64,000 nucleotides of DNA from the human T2T-CHM13v2.0 reference genome, Homo sapiens, in assembly GCF_009914755.1 (NCBI RefSeq), contig NC_060926.1; one strand, written 5' to 3'. The translations under genes were made by a program, and so were the position numbers. The number at the start of each line of letters is the position of its first letter. Within the stretch, counting starts at the first letter, position 1. Positions 47,054 to 58,473 of this stretch are shown in pieces. The notes beneath the pieces were generated by a model. It was not told the origin of the DNA and ran no database searches. It saw only the letters and a program-made list of their open reading frames with translations.

Positions 47054-47739
47054 ATATTGAGAGATTGATGTAAAAAATTAATCTTAGAAAATGTATAAAG
47101 ATCTAAGTCAGAAAAACCATTGCCAGAGGTTTGATCTCAACCTCATTAAAGTTGATCCTAATATAATAGAAAATCAGACTATTAAAGAGGTAGTTTCTTT
47201 AGAATTGCCAGAACATTTAATCCTTCACTGAGAGCATTCTGCTTCTTGGACCTATTGTGTAGTGTGATGCACCTCCAGGCTAAAATATTACCTTCAAATC
47301 AGAATTTTATAAGGGGTACCATTCTTCTATTCCTGCTTGCCCTGGGTGCCAGAATGCTGATTCTCAACATCAGGTAGGGTCCACCCAGTTCAGGTGCTTT
47401 TTCTTCAACAATTCTTAACCAGATTAGTTTATGTGGAACTTACCAAAGCAGCAAAAGATTCATGACTGTTTATCCCCTTCCTTTCCTGTTCCTCTCCTCA
47501 TCATATTACATCTTCCACCAATAAAATTGATAATTTACTTGATTATGTGCTCAGTAAAGATATACCACAATTTCTAATTCCAAAGTTTCAGTTTTTGCTC
47601 ATTAAGCAGTGGATCCTGTTTCTATGCTAGCAGTGCTGATCTATCTTCTCAAATATCAGGCCCCAAAAGGTGGCCTTATTTTCATTGATTTCTCATGCTT
47701 ATTTCTTATTATTATTTCTCATGCTTAGCTTTTCTTTAT

Positions 47740-48308
47740 TTTGATGGTTAATATTACGTGTCAGCTTGATTGCATGGAAGGATGCCTAGATAGCTGGTAA
47801 AGTATTGTTTCTGGGTGTGTCTGTGAGGGTGTTTCCAAAGGAGATTAACATTTGAGTCAGGGGATTGGGAGAAGAAGATCCACCCTCAAGTGTGTGGGTA
47901 CCATCCAATCAGTTGCCAGCGAGACTAGAACAAAGCAGAGAAGAAGGTATGACAAGCTGGCTTGCCAAGTCTTCTGGCTTCCATCTTTCTCCTGTCCTGG
48001 ATGCTTCCTGCCCTTGGACATCAGACTCTAGGTTCTTCAACCTTTAGACTCTTGGACTTACACTAGTGGTTTGCCAGAGGCTCTCAGGCCTTCGGCCACA
48101 CACGGAAGTCTGCACTGTCAGCTTCCCTACTTTTGAGGTTTTTGGACTCAGACTGAGCCACTACTGGCTTCCTACCTCCTCAGTTTGCAGACTGCTTATT
48201 GTGGGACTTTGCCTTCTGATCATGTGCACCAATTCTCCTTAATAACTCTCTTTCATATATACATATACTCTATTCATTCTGTCCTTCTGGAGAACTCTGA
48301 AAAATACA
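47740..48308 (+). mobile_element. MLT2A (MLT2A2-like) HERVL 5' LTR
   Basis: tgatggttaatatt...ctgggtgtgtctgtgagggtg...ggacatcagactc...ttctggagaactctgaaaaataca. Confidence 0.9.
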
Positions 48309-48595
48309 GATTTCGGTACCAAAATCTGTATTATGTTGTCTTTTATGATAACATAAAAGAGAATAATTTAGGTTTCCAGAATTAAAAACCTGTGTTGCTA
48401 TTCTACACTGACTTCACCTCTAGAGAAATCTCAAATTTCTCTAGAGAGAAATGGAATTTTAAGGATGGATTTCTTTAGTTGGTTTTGGAGTTTCTGGAGT
48501 TCTCTGTTTAAACTGATTAGACGCCAAAATGGTAAGGACTCTACTTCTAGTAGTATGGAGAATACTGATAGTCCTTGGCATGAACTGTGTAGACA
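48309..48595 (+). mobile_element. Start of HERVL internal region, interrupted by a ~117-bp insert (48321-48437)
   Basis: gatttcggtacc follows the LTR directly; gaattttaaggatgga...aaggactctacttctagtagtatggagaatactgatagtccttggcatgaactg matches the HERVL leader. Confidence 0.8.
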
Positions 48596-48689
48596 TGCTC
48601 AAAGTAAAGGCTTTGAGTGCTGAATCTTTTTCAAACTATTTCAGTTGAAGACTTTATTTTGTGTAATGAGCCCAGAAAACATATCAGTC

Positions 48690-49080
48690 ATAGTATAATA
48701 GTATAATAGTTAAAAGCATTGGCTCTAGAGCTAGAATGAATTAATCCAAATTTCAACTCTCCCACTGTGTAACTGGATTAACCCATTTATGCCTGAGGTT
48801 GCAATTTTTTTTTTAGTTTTTGCAATCAGACCTTGGTGATGACATTGAGCAGTAGGATATAAATAACTCCCACATGCTTAGGGTTCCAATAATGGAACAC
48901 TAGGGATAAATGGGCTAATAGCTATATAACATAGACAGGGCACTTAATCTTCCTGTGCCTCAGTTACTTCTTCTATAAAATGGGGATTATAATAGTACCT
49001 ACCTCATAGGTTTGTGGTGGGGAAGAAATAAATAATTACATCATTGCATGGCACATAGTAAACTTTCAGTAGTTAATGCA
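48690..49080 (+). mobile_element. MIR split by MER85
   Basis: atagttaaaagcattggctctagag; cttaatcttcctgtgcctcagtt...aaaatggggattataatagtacctacctcatagg; tggcacatagtaa. Confidence 0.85.
48782..48914 (-). mobile_element. MER85 (non-autonomous piggyBac/PGBD3 element)
   Basis: 13-bp TIRs cccatttatgcct / agggataaatggg (1 mismatch); TTAA (48778-48781) and CTAA (48915-48918) target; internal gttccaataatggaac. Confidence 0.9.
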
Positions 49081-49189
49081 ACTGTTTTTGTTTTTATGGT
49101 TACGGGATGAAGTTTTCTATTTCTTGAACCCAATTGCTCTGTTTTTTGTTATTATTATTAGTCTTTTATCATTATTTTTTCTGGCTGCT

Positions 49190-50375
49190 GCAATACCTAC
49201 CTGGGTCTTTATTTCTCCCAATGCTATCATAAATGTTTTAGATCCCATTAGCTAAAAGGATCCTTTCCTACCTAGAGTCCAGACTCAAAACAGACCACTT
49301 CATGCCTCTCCATGCCTAAATAAGGGTCCCTTCACCCACTATGGTAGTGTAGTTATTATATCTCTTCATGCCTGATGTCCTGGGAATATAACTAAAACTC
49401 TAGATAGGAAGAAGGATCAGAAACTCCCCAGCCTAATTGTAGAGAAACCCATTGCAGCCTATCTGAGAAATGGGAATTTTGCTTGTGTCTCACACCCCTA
49501 GCATCACTGTCTCCTGAGCCATAAAATAACAGTAAACAAAGTTCTCATTTATGTGAAACTTTAACAGCATGCATCAATCGAGAGATGTTCAAATACCCTG
49601 GGAAAACTATTCAAACAAAAGCATATCCACTCACACAAAAAGCCACAAAGAAATATCCTCTGCTCTTCTTTCTTGCTCTTGCTCTTGCTCTTCAACATCT
49701 TGAAAGAGTTTTATGGACCATGGGAAGTAATACGTCTTTGCAGCTGACCTAGTTGTCTTACCACAATAGTAGAGGTTTCTAGCCTTTGGTTCCAGGTATT
49801 GTTACCAATTTGACTAGTGCTCCCAATTCATCAGTTACTGGTACTGAGGCTCATAGCAATGATGTCTTGGCTTTGCCCAGAAACATGAACACTTCCACCT
49901 TATCTTGAGCCAAATTAAGCCTATTTAACCTGCAACCTTCCATAGTCAATAAGGTTACATAATTGATTAATTTGTCACCAAGGCCCCATACTCAAGTATA
50001 TTTATTTATTTTTGGAAATGGAGATAACCTCAGGGAAGTTCCTAAGGCCATCTACAGTGTTTGTCATATGACCTTTTACCAGCCCTACTCTTATACACAT
50101 TTTTCTCACCAAGAAAAATGGAGAATTTAAGGTTTATAACAACTCCCAGATATTGAACCAAATTACCATTGAAATCAATATGCCCTCCTACATTTTTCTT
50201 AATCTGCTTGATCAACTTGAGTCAGCTGTGATTTGTATCAGCTGAAACTCCAGGACAGGATTAGAGGGTAAGGAAGAAGTTGGGGGGAAGGGTCTTATCT
50301 CCCTATCAATATCAGAAATATTTTTTAAGTATTCATGAAAGACTGTGTTTTCAGATCCTTATGATAATTTTGAGT
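49190..50375 (+). mobile_element. Decayed Ty3/Gypsy (sushi-like) pol fossil: protease-region traces and RT N-terminus
   Basis: 50063-50245 translates as VI*PFTSPTLIHIFLTKKNGEFKVYNNSQILNQITIEINMPSYIFLNLLDQLESAVICIS*, which aligns by eye with the Gypsy RT motif FIRPSTSP...FVKKKDG...LNxITIKNRYPLP...LLDQLxGAxIF. Confidence 0.6.
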
Positions 50376-50376
50376 A

Positions 50377-50715
50377 CAATTGACCCTCGAACATGTTTGA
50401 ACTATGAGGTCCACTTATACATGGATTTTTTCAATAAGTTTACTGAAAATTTTCTTGGAGATTTGTGACAATCTGAAAAAAACTTGCAGATGAACCATGT
50501 AGCCTAGAAATAAGAAAAAATAAAAGGTATGTCATGAGTAAATTCAGTATAAAATGTATTTAGATATTAGTCTCTTTATGTGTTAATTGACTATGATATT
50601 GATAACAGTAAGATATTAGTAGTCAAGTTTCTGTGGAGTCAAAATTTATGTGTGGATTTTCTATTTCCTGGGGGTTTTGTGCTCTTACCCCATGCATATT
50701 TCCAAAGATCAATTG
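50377..50715 (+). mobile_element. Tigger2-family (TcMar) internally deleted DNA transposon
   Basis: ta|caattgaccctcgaac...ggtccacttatacatggattttt...aaagatcaattg|tg; TIR-like ends and TA target. Confidence 0.8.
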
Positions 50716-50960
50716 TGTTTGGTAATAGGTTTGAATAAATGTTAACATATTTATGTAACTCTGAAAAATACACTTTTAAGCATTACAAATGATTGGAAAA
50801 AAGAAGAATTATTTAATAAATAATCTTTCTTTGGTAGATGGGAACCAGTAAATATCAAAGGCCTTAGAAACATGTATAACTCAACACAGGAATTCTATTC
50901 CTAGAAATCTTTTTAATGAGGTAACCAAAAGCTCCACAATTTGGAATTAAGCAAAAAAAT

Positions 50961-51012
50961 ACACACACACATGCGCGCGCGCACACACACACACACACAT
51001 ATTTGTGTGTGT
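50961..51012. repeat. (CA)n/(CG)n alternating purine-pyrimidine tract
   Basis: acacacacacatgcgcgcgcgcacacac... Confidence 0.9.
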
Positions 51013-51344
51013 ACTTATATATGGATCTTATGATAGTTATATAACAAAAATAATATGTAACTGTTTAAAATCATATTTATCTAGAATATCTGACAACAAA
51101 AGAAAGATGCCATAATATATTTAAGTGATAAACCAAAGCAATGAACGTTATGCACCATGTCATATGAGTCTTAAAGATGATAATGACTGCATGGATGATA
51201 ATATTGCTACTCACTTGTTTTATTTTTTACTCTTGAGCACGTAACATTTTCCCCACAGTTACAATGCAATAAATTTAATTCAGAAATAATTATTTTTAGT
51301 AAAGAGGCAAAAAAAAATTCCCTACATTTGAATGTATTAGTCTA

Positions 51345-51500
51345 GTTCATGTTGGCTGCATATTAGAATCACCAGGGGAGCATGAAAAACAAAATATCTG
51401 AGACCTACTCTAACTTGCTGAATCAAAATGTGTTTCATTTTTAGTGTTTGTTGTTGTTCATATTTTTAACATGGTTCTCAAATGATTTTGAAGTGGTCAG
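51345..51500. mobile_element. MER5-like hAT fragment
   Basis: ggctgcatattagaatcaccaggggagc...ctgaatcaaaat. Confidence 0.5.
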
Positions 51501-51914
51501 GCCCACAAAAGTCCACACTGTCATATGGGTACAACTGGCCTTGAGGATAATATTGCTAACTCCTCAGGATCTTTTCAGAATGAAGTGAAATAATGTGAGT
51601 GAGTGATCCTACAGTCATGGGGGAATAATCCATCTATGGGCCTATTTCCCAGGACACTGATATCTGAGAGGTCTTACATCTTTTGGAAAAGACCTCTTGT
51701 AAGTAGTTTGGTAGAAGTGCTATGTCTCTTCAGCACTTCTTCACTGCCTTCTTGTGGTAGCAAATCCCAGCTCCCTGACTAGAGAGGGGACCTGCAACCA
51801 AGACTGAGAAAGCCACAGGCTCCTATCTCCCTAGTGGTCCAAGGAGTGGTCCAGGCTTGGATCAATTGATCATTACTAAGAATTTTTCTTATCATGGCCA
51901 GCAAATTGTCAAGT

Positions 51915-52710
51915 AAGCTTGCTCCATCCCAGTTTTCCCTGACCAGAAAATGGCACTATTATTCCCCCAATATGATCAGAGTAAAATCATCTTTCCTTAT
52001 ACCCTACATTCCACCCATCAGCAAGTCCTGCTGGTTTTCCTTTGCCACAACCCCCAAAACTTCCCACTTCTCCTGGCCTCCAATTTACCACTCTAGTTTC
52101 AGGCTACTGTGACACTTGGTGCCTATTTGGTCTTCCACTTCATTCTTATCTTGCTAAAGCCGTTGTCCAGAGAGCAAAATATACTTGTAAAATATAAACC
52201 AAATTATGTATGTAATTTCTTAGCTTAAAATTCTCCAGTGAATTCACATTACATTTATTATAGAACAATATTTACTCTCTGTGGCCTGACAAGACATACT
52301 TGGTTTACCCCTCTCTAAATTCCTCCATTTCTCCCTCACTCTCTTGTTTCTGACTGTCTTGCTGTTCCTCAGACATGGCAAGCTTTCCCTGATTTTGTCT
52401 TTTATCTACCAGAACTGCTCATCACCCAGACCTACAAGTGATCCCTTCACTTATTTCTTTCAAGTTTTACTCAAGTATCACCGCCTCAGAGGTAACTTCC
52501 TTGACCTCCCTATGATATTAATTCCTCCTTCTCACCTCCCCGACCACCCACTCCCTGCATCCATCAATCTCTTTGCTTTCTTCCTTTTTGGTTCACAGAA
52601 CTTGGCACTACCTGATACACGGGTTACATGTCCATTGTTTGACTCTTGTGAAGTGAAGGCTTCACAAGGGCTTCCACCGTGATTGTGCCCTGTATCTGTA
52701 CCTAGTTGAG
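51915..52710 (+). mobile_element. L2 3' region
   Basis: cccatcagcaagtcctgctgg, gcttaaaattctccagtg, cttgctgttcctcagacatggcaagc, ccttcacttatttctttcaagttttactcaag. Confidence 0.7.
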
Positions 52711-53656
52711 GACCACTATTTATATGCTAAGTTAGACCCCCATTGATTGGATAAAGTCAGGCTCCAGAAGGGCAGACTAAAGCCACCAAGCAAGGAACAA
52801 GAACTGGAAGAGCTTTTGTTTCCAGAATCACCCCAGCTAGCTCTACTCTTTCTATTTTTCATCCCTTCGATAGATGAACCAAAACAGTCTTTCTTTTCTC
52901 TTCAGTTAGTTTGAATACAATTTCTGTCACTTGAGATTGAAAGATCCCTAACTAATAGCCAGTTGAAGATTCAGTTTCAGGACCTGAGGAATTTTAGAGG
53001 GAGAACTGTGAAATGCCACATCTCTGTGCACAGCACACTAGAACATGTAAGTCCACACAGCACAGACTCCTCACCTGCCCGTTAACCTCTGAAGGCACGG
53101 TGGGCCACCATTATTGTCAATATAATCAAAGAACTTTTTCCTCCCCTATTGAGTACTTTGTTCTTTGTGTGTTGTGTATTCCCTTCATCTGCTGCCTGAA
53201 CAACTCAGACTCAGCTGCTTCTTATCCTTCTTGTCCTTTCCCTTACCCTTCCAGATTTGCAAATCATTCCAGAGTTGTGAAGGGAATTCTAATCTTTTAA
53301 AATTGATTTTCCCAGTTTCTCACACACACAGGGGAAGCAAATAATGCATGCACCATATTATGTATTAATACCTTTATTCCTAATCCAATCTTAAAGCAGA
53401 CTGATTATCCACTTATCCCCACCCCTGAATTTTTTTATTCAAATGTTCATACAAAGCTGTCACTTATTCCTGAATGCCTGAATTTTAAGCAAAGCTGATG
53501 ACTTCACAGAACTCCATACACATTGAGCACACTGAAACCACCTGTGCAACAACGCAAGGCAGTGTGAACAGGCAGGGAGCTGTGTCAAGGCCAGGGTCAG
53601 AGACCAGCTGCTAGAATTCTTCCCTGAACCCAAGGGAGCAAGCATAGGTTTTGTGG

Positions 53657-53862
53657 CAATCTTCTCAACTATAGCATTATTGTTGACATTTTGAGTTTAA
53701 TATAATGTACAGGAGCTGTTCTGTGCATTGTGTGATGTTTAGCAGCATTCCTGGCCTCTACCAGCTACCCAGTGTGGCAACCAAATATTCCTCCAGATTT
53801 TGGAAACTGTCCCCTGGAATGTATGTGCTCAGAGAAGGATTGAGCCCAATTAAGAATCACAT
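53657..53862 (-). mobile_element. MER20 (hAT-Charlie)
   Basis: ttgacatttt...gctgttctgtgcattgtgtgatgtttagcagcattcctggcctcta...tgtcccctgg. Confidence 0.8.
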
Positions 53863-54320
53863 GTATTCAAAAAAAGAACTTGTGTGATAACTCAAAAAAT
53901 CAATTCTATCTACTGGGTATACTACTATCTCCTCAAAATAGTCAGTAAGAGGTCCTGGGTAGGTGAAGGTGCTACCTCTGCTTTACAGTTGGACCATAAA
54001 GGTCATGGCCTTTATGAACCAATAAGTATCCATTAGAAGTAAAATTGTAGATGAGTGTGATCTGTTTATAAATTTGAAATTTTAAGGGATCTTATTTTCT
54101 TCATGGCCCCTTCATTTAAGGTGAAACTCTATTTATAGTGCCTTTTGTGATAGAACTCGGGCTCTCTTCTCAAACCTACATTCCCACTATTCCATCGCAT
54201 GTGTCCTATACCCAGCCATATCAATCTTTTTTTATTCTATGGAAACAATTTGCTTTCTTATATCTCCATGTCATTCATACATACTGTTCCCTCTGCCTAA
54301 AATATCCTTCCCAACCTTCC

Positions 54321-54584
54321 TTTTTACTTTTTTTTTTTTTGAGACAGAGTCACCCACGCTGGAATGCAGTGGCACAATCTGGCTCACTGCAACCTCCACC
54401 TCCCAGGTTCAAGTGATCCTTTTGCCTCAGCCTCCCAAGTAGCTGGGATTACAGGCATGTACCACCATGCCCGGCTAATTTTTGTATTTTTAACAGAGAC
54501 AGGATTTCACCATGTTGGCCAGGCTGGTCTCAAACTCCTGACTTCAGGTGATCTGCCTCCCTTGGCCTCCCAATATGCCCAGTC
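54321..54584 (-). mobile_element. Alu (AluSx-like) with two small internal deletions
   Basis: Alu body lacking tcgctctgt near the tail and gtgctgggattacagg near the 5' end. Confidence 0.9.
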
Positions 54585-54782
54585 TTCCATATTTTCTTTG
54601 ATATGTTACTTCTTATGATACTGAAAACTTCCCTTAATTCCTGTTCCTTCCTGGCATTCTCTATTCCAGGCCTGTAGGTTTGTCTCCTCTCTGATTCACC
54701 TATTCCAATGCCTATTCTTATAAATATCAGTTGAGTTTCTTACCCATCTCCAAATGATGTACTTGAGAGCCACATCATTTTA

Positions 54783-55108
54783 TTTAGGCAGATCTAAATT
54801 TTGTGGGTACAGAAGTTTATGCAATCTGGGATGCCCTCTTTATAAAAAAAGAATATAATATTATTAATATAAAATTAGGTATATTTATTTAGAACTGGGA
54901 AAGAAATCACAACAAATGCCTGGAAATTTAAAGACTCAAACTCCCTTGTCAATTTACCAGAAATGCTTACATAGAAATATTTCCTAATAGGAACCTGGCT
55001 TTTTCTACCATCTAGAATGCTCTGCAGCTGTCAGTATCTCACAGCAACCTGTGCAGTTGAGGGTCACCAGAGCCTAAGGTTCATTACATTTATGGCAAAT
55101 CTGCCTTT
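54783..55108 (+). mobile_element. MER96B-like hAT element
   Basis: aggcagatctaaattttgtggg...gccctctttataaaaaaagaata...aagaaatcacaacaaat...ggcaaatctgcct; inverted ends aggcagat/atctgcct. Confidence 0.65.
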
Positions 55109-55207
55109 AAAAAACGTATCTCTGCATCTCCAAGGCCCAGTACAATGGTTATATGGTAGAAGGTACTTCATAAATGTTAGTGATGACAATATTAAATTTT
55201 ATTTAAA

Positions 55208-55737
55208 GGTTAAGAAATTCCATCACTCTTTTGTTCCAGAAAAAGACATTGCCAGAAACCACCTTTCTCAATATGACTTAGACAAGACTCATAGATGACC
55301 CCCTTGTTCACATAAGGCAAGGCCAGACACAGACCCTCCAAATTCCCATTCTTTGCCTCAGAAATGACTAATGGAACTGCTTGTCCCAACTGATCAGCTG
55401 GAACAAAATGACTGTTAACCAACCTTCCTCAAGATCCCTGACCTCTGGCTCACCTCCAGGTGAGCCAGCATTCAGCTCCTCCCAAGAATAGAATAGACTG
55501 GCCTCACGGAAGATATTCTCCAACCTACCAGCCTATCAGGCCACCTTTGATTCCATTTCCCCACACTGCTTCTTTCTTGCTTTGTTTACTCCTCCCTTCA
55601 GAAGCTTGTAGACCTTATGGTCACCTCCTTCTCCCCAGTGCAACATTATCTTTCCCCAGCCTTCTAGGAAGTCTCTTGCCACAGACTTTCAAATAAAGTC
55701 TCTCCTTACTAAGTCTGAACTTGCTTTTTATGTGACA
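55208..55737 (+). mobile_element. ERV1-class solo LTR (MER90/MER110-like)
   Basis: caaggccagacacagaccctccaaattcccattctttgcctc; aataaagtctctccttactaagtc...tgaca 3' end. Confidence 0.6.
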
Positions 55738-56384
55738 GTGAAATTACTGAAGAAAATAAGTGATGAATGACTGAGTGTGAACTCTTGTCAAGCAACAAGT
55801 GTTCTTTGTAACTCTTTCCCGTACTGTTGCAATGATAATGCTATTGCTTTCCTACTGAGCCTATGTGGTCTCTCTTTTGACCTCTGTTCCTTCTGCCAGT
55901 TGCAATACACTCCTCTGTCAACCATTACTATAAGCTTAATCTGTCAATATTGTCAAACAGTTCTGACCTCTACCTTGATTTTGGCTTAAATCCCACCTTT
56001 GTTATAATTCAGTCTAGATCCTAATCCATTCAGACTTTTTCCTGCCTTAGTTCCAAGAAAACATGACTCTGTTTCTAAATCAAAATAGAGTATGTGAGTT
56101 AGCTTTGAAAAGGCCTGATAGATACCCATTGCAAAAAGTTAGTGAAAGGCCATTCTGGTTGCAAACAATTGCATGTAAAGTCTTGGAGGCAGGAATTTGA
56201 AATTCATGCCTCAGGACAATAAAATTAGCCAAGTTTTATTTTAAATTGGTAGAATAATGACAGAAGGTTGGAGAAAGCATTTTATGAATGGATATTGATT
56301 GGGATTGAAAATTATGAGCATTGGTTTTTTATGTGTGAAATTTCAGATATTGGCAAAATACATAAATAGTATCATAATGAATGA

Positions 56385-56759
<375 letters not shown>

Positions 56760-58021
56760 AGTGCTGTGATTCTTAAAATGAAATCTTGGAGCACAGTACA
56801 TTTTTGCAGTACAAATATATTTTCCAAATTTTGGGTAAAGACTAATATTTTCTCACCTTTATAAAATACATTAATTGAATTCTCTGTTGATTTCACAACT
56901 TCATGTTAATTATAGAATGCAGATTGGCATATTTAAAATTTTCAATGTTCTGAACATCTAACTACATAAAGGACAGTTTTAAACTTATTCTTTCATTGGA
57001 GGCAGGTATTATGTTGAAGGAAACTGGGCAGATAATGAAAATTCTGTATTGGCACCCTGCATAGGCACAAGATATTAATATATAAAACTATGATTAAGAT
57101 AACATTAAATTATAAAGTAATTTTTACAATCTTTTTTTATAGATTAACAAATACAAACTTCATCAGACATTAAAATCCATTATTTCAGATAAGGAACAAT
57201 GATTTATAAGAGCCAAGTGGTGGATTTAACACAAACTCACATTTTAATAAAAGTGTTACAAAATTTTAGTTATTAAAAATTCAAAAAGGTTAACATTTTA
57301 GATATAAAAAGAGCAAGGCACAAATCGATTTAATGGGAGATAAAGGGTAAAGCATGCAATGCTTAGACTTTAAAAATCCAATTATTCCAATTGCTCTGCA
57401 TACATTAGGCAGTCATATTTTAGTGCTATCCCATGCCTTACTTGTCTTGCTGCCTTTTGTCAAAGCTCCTGTTTGCATTTTAATTGACTTGGGGAAAAGC
57501 AAGGGAGAAAAGAAAGGGAAGTTGTAAAATTAAAGAAAGGGCTGTGCATGTTTGAAAGCACCTATGTGACCCCCTCTGACTATGTTATGCCGATGCTTTA
57601 AATATCATTCTGCTCCAAAAGTAAGATCCCTATCAGTCTGGCTAGTTTTAAATTGTCACTTCCAAATTTAAATACATTATTTTATGAAAGTTTATCCCAC
57701 CACTCTTAAGAGTACTTAATAAACACAAAAATCATAGTAGAGATACTTGGAAACAGCCACTAGGCTATACACACTTTCCACATGCTAAAAGAATAGGCCA
57801 CAATTTTGTTTATGTTATGTTTCACAACTATTTAATATCTGCAAACTTTCATGTTCTCATCTGAAAATGAGGATGGTGAGAGCAGCTTTATAAGAAGGCT
57901 AGTAGAATGAAGGAAACGGTAATGCCTGGGCATGCCTGATGAAGTGCAATGTAGCTTCCCTGGGAGTGGCTCATGGTGTTTTGTTAGACATTCTGAAGTG
58001 CTTTTGTAGCTGCTTCTGGGG

Positions 58022-58473
58022 CAGTGGGTCTCAAACTTCTGTCTCCAACCCTTTTTATACTCTTAAAAATGTTACTGAGGACTCCAAAGACCTTTGCTTA
58101 TTTGGATTATATCTTTTGACACTGACTATATTTTAGGTTAATGCATATTTTTTTTCAATATGTATAATAAACTCACTACATCCCAGCATAAACAAATGTT
58201 TTATGGAAATCTACATTTTCCAAAACAACAAATAAAGAGAGAATGATAGCATTGTTTTACATTTTTCAAAATGCTTTAATGTGTCGCATGAAAGACTTCG
58301 ATTCTTACATCAGCTTCTGTTGTCAGTCTTTTATGATGTGTTGTTTTGGTTGAAGCATAGGAAAAAAATCTGGTTTCACATAGATCTGGGGTTGGAAAAG
58401 GGACGGCCTCGAGGTCCCCTTAAACAGTCTGGGGGACCCCTAGAAGTCCTGAAGCCACCCTTGAGAATTGCTG
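58022..58473 (-). mobile_element. Charlie1 (Charlie1b-like) hAT element
   Basis: cagtgggtctcaaactt...actcttaaaaatgttactgaggactccaaaga...gttggaaaaggga...ggggacccc...ttgagaattgctg; TIR-like ends. Confidence 0.7.
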
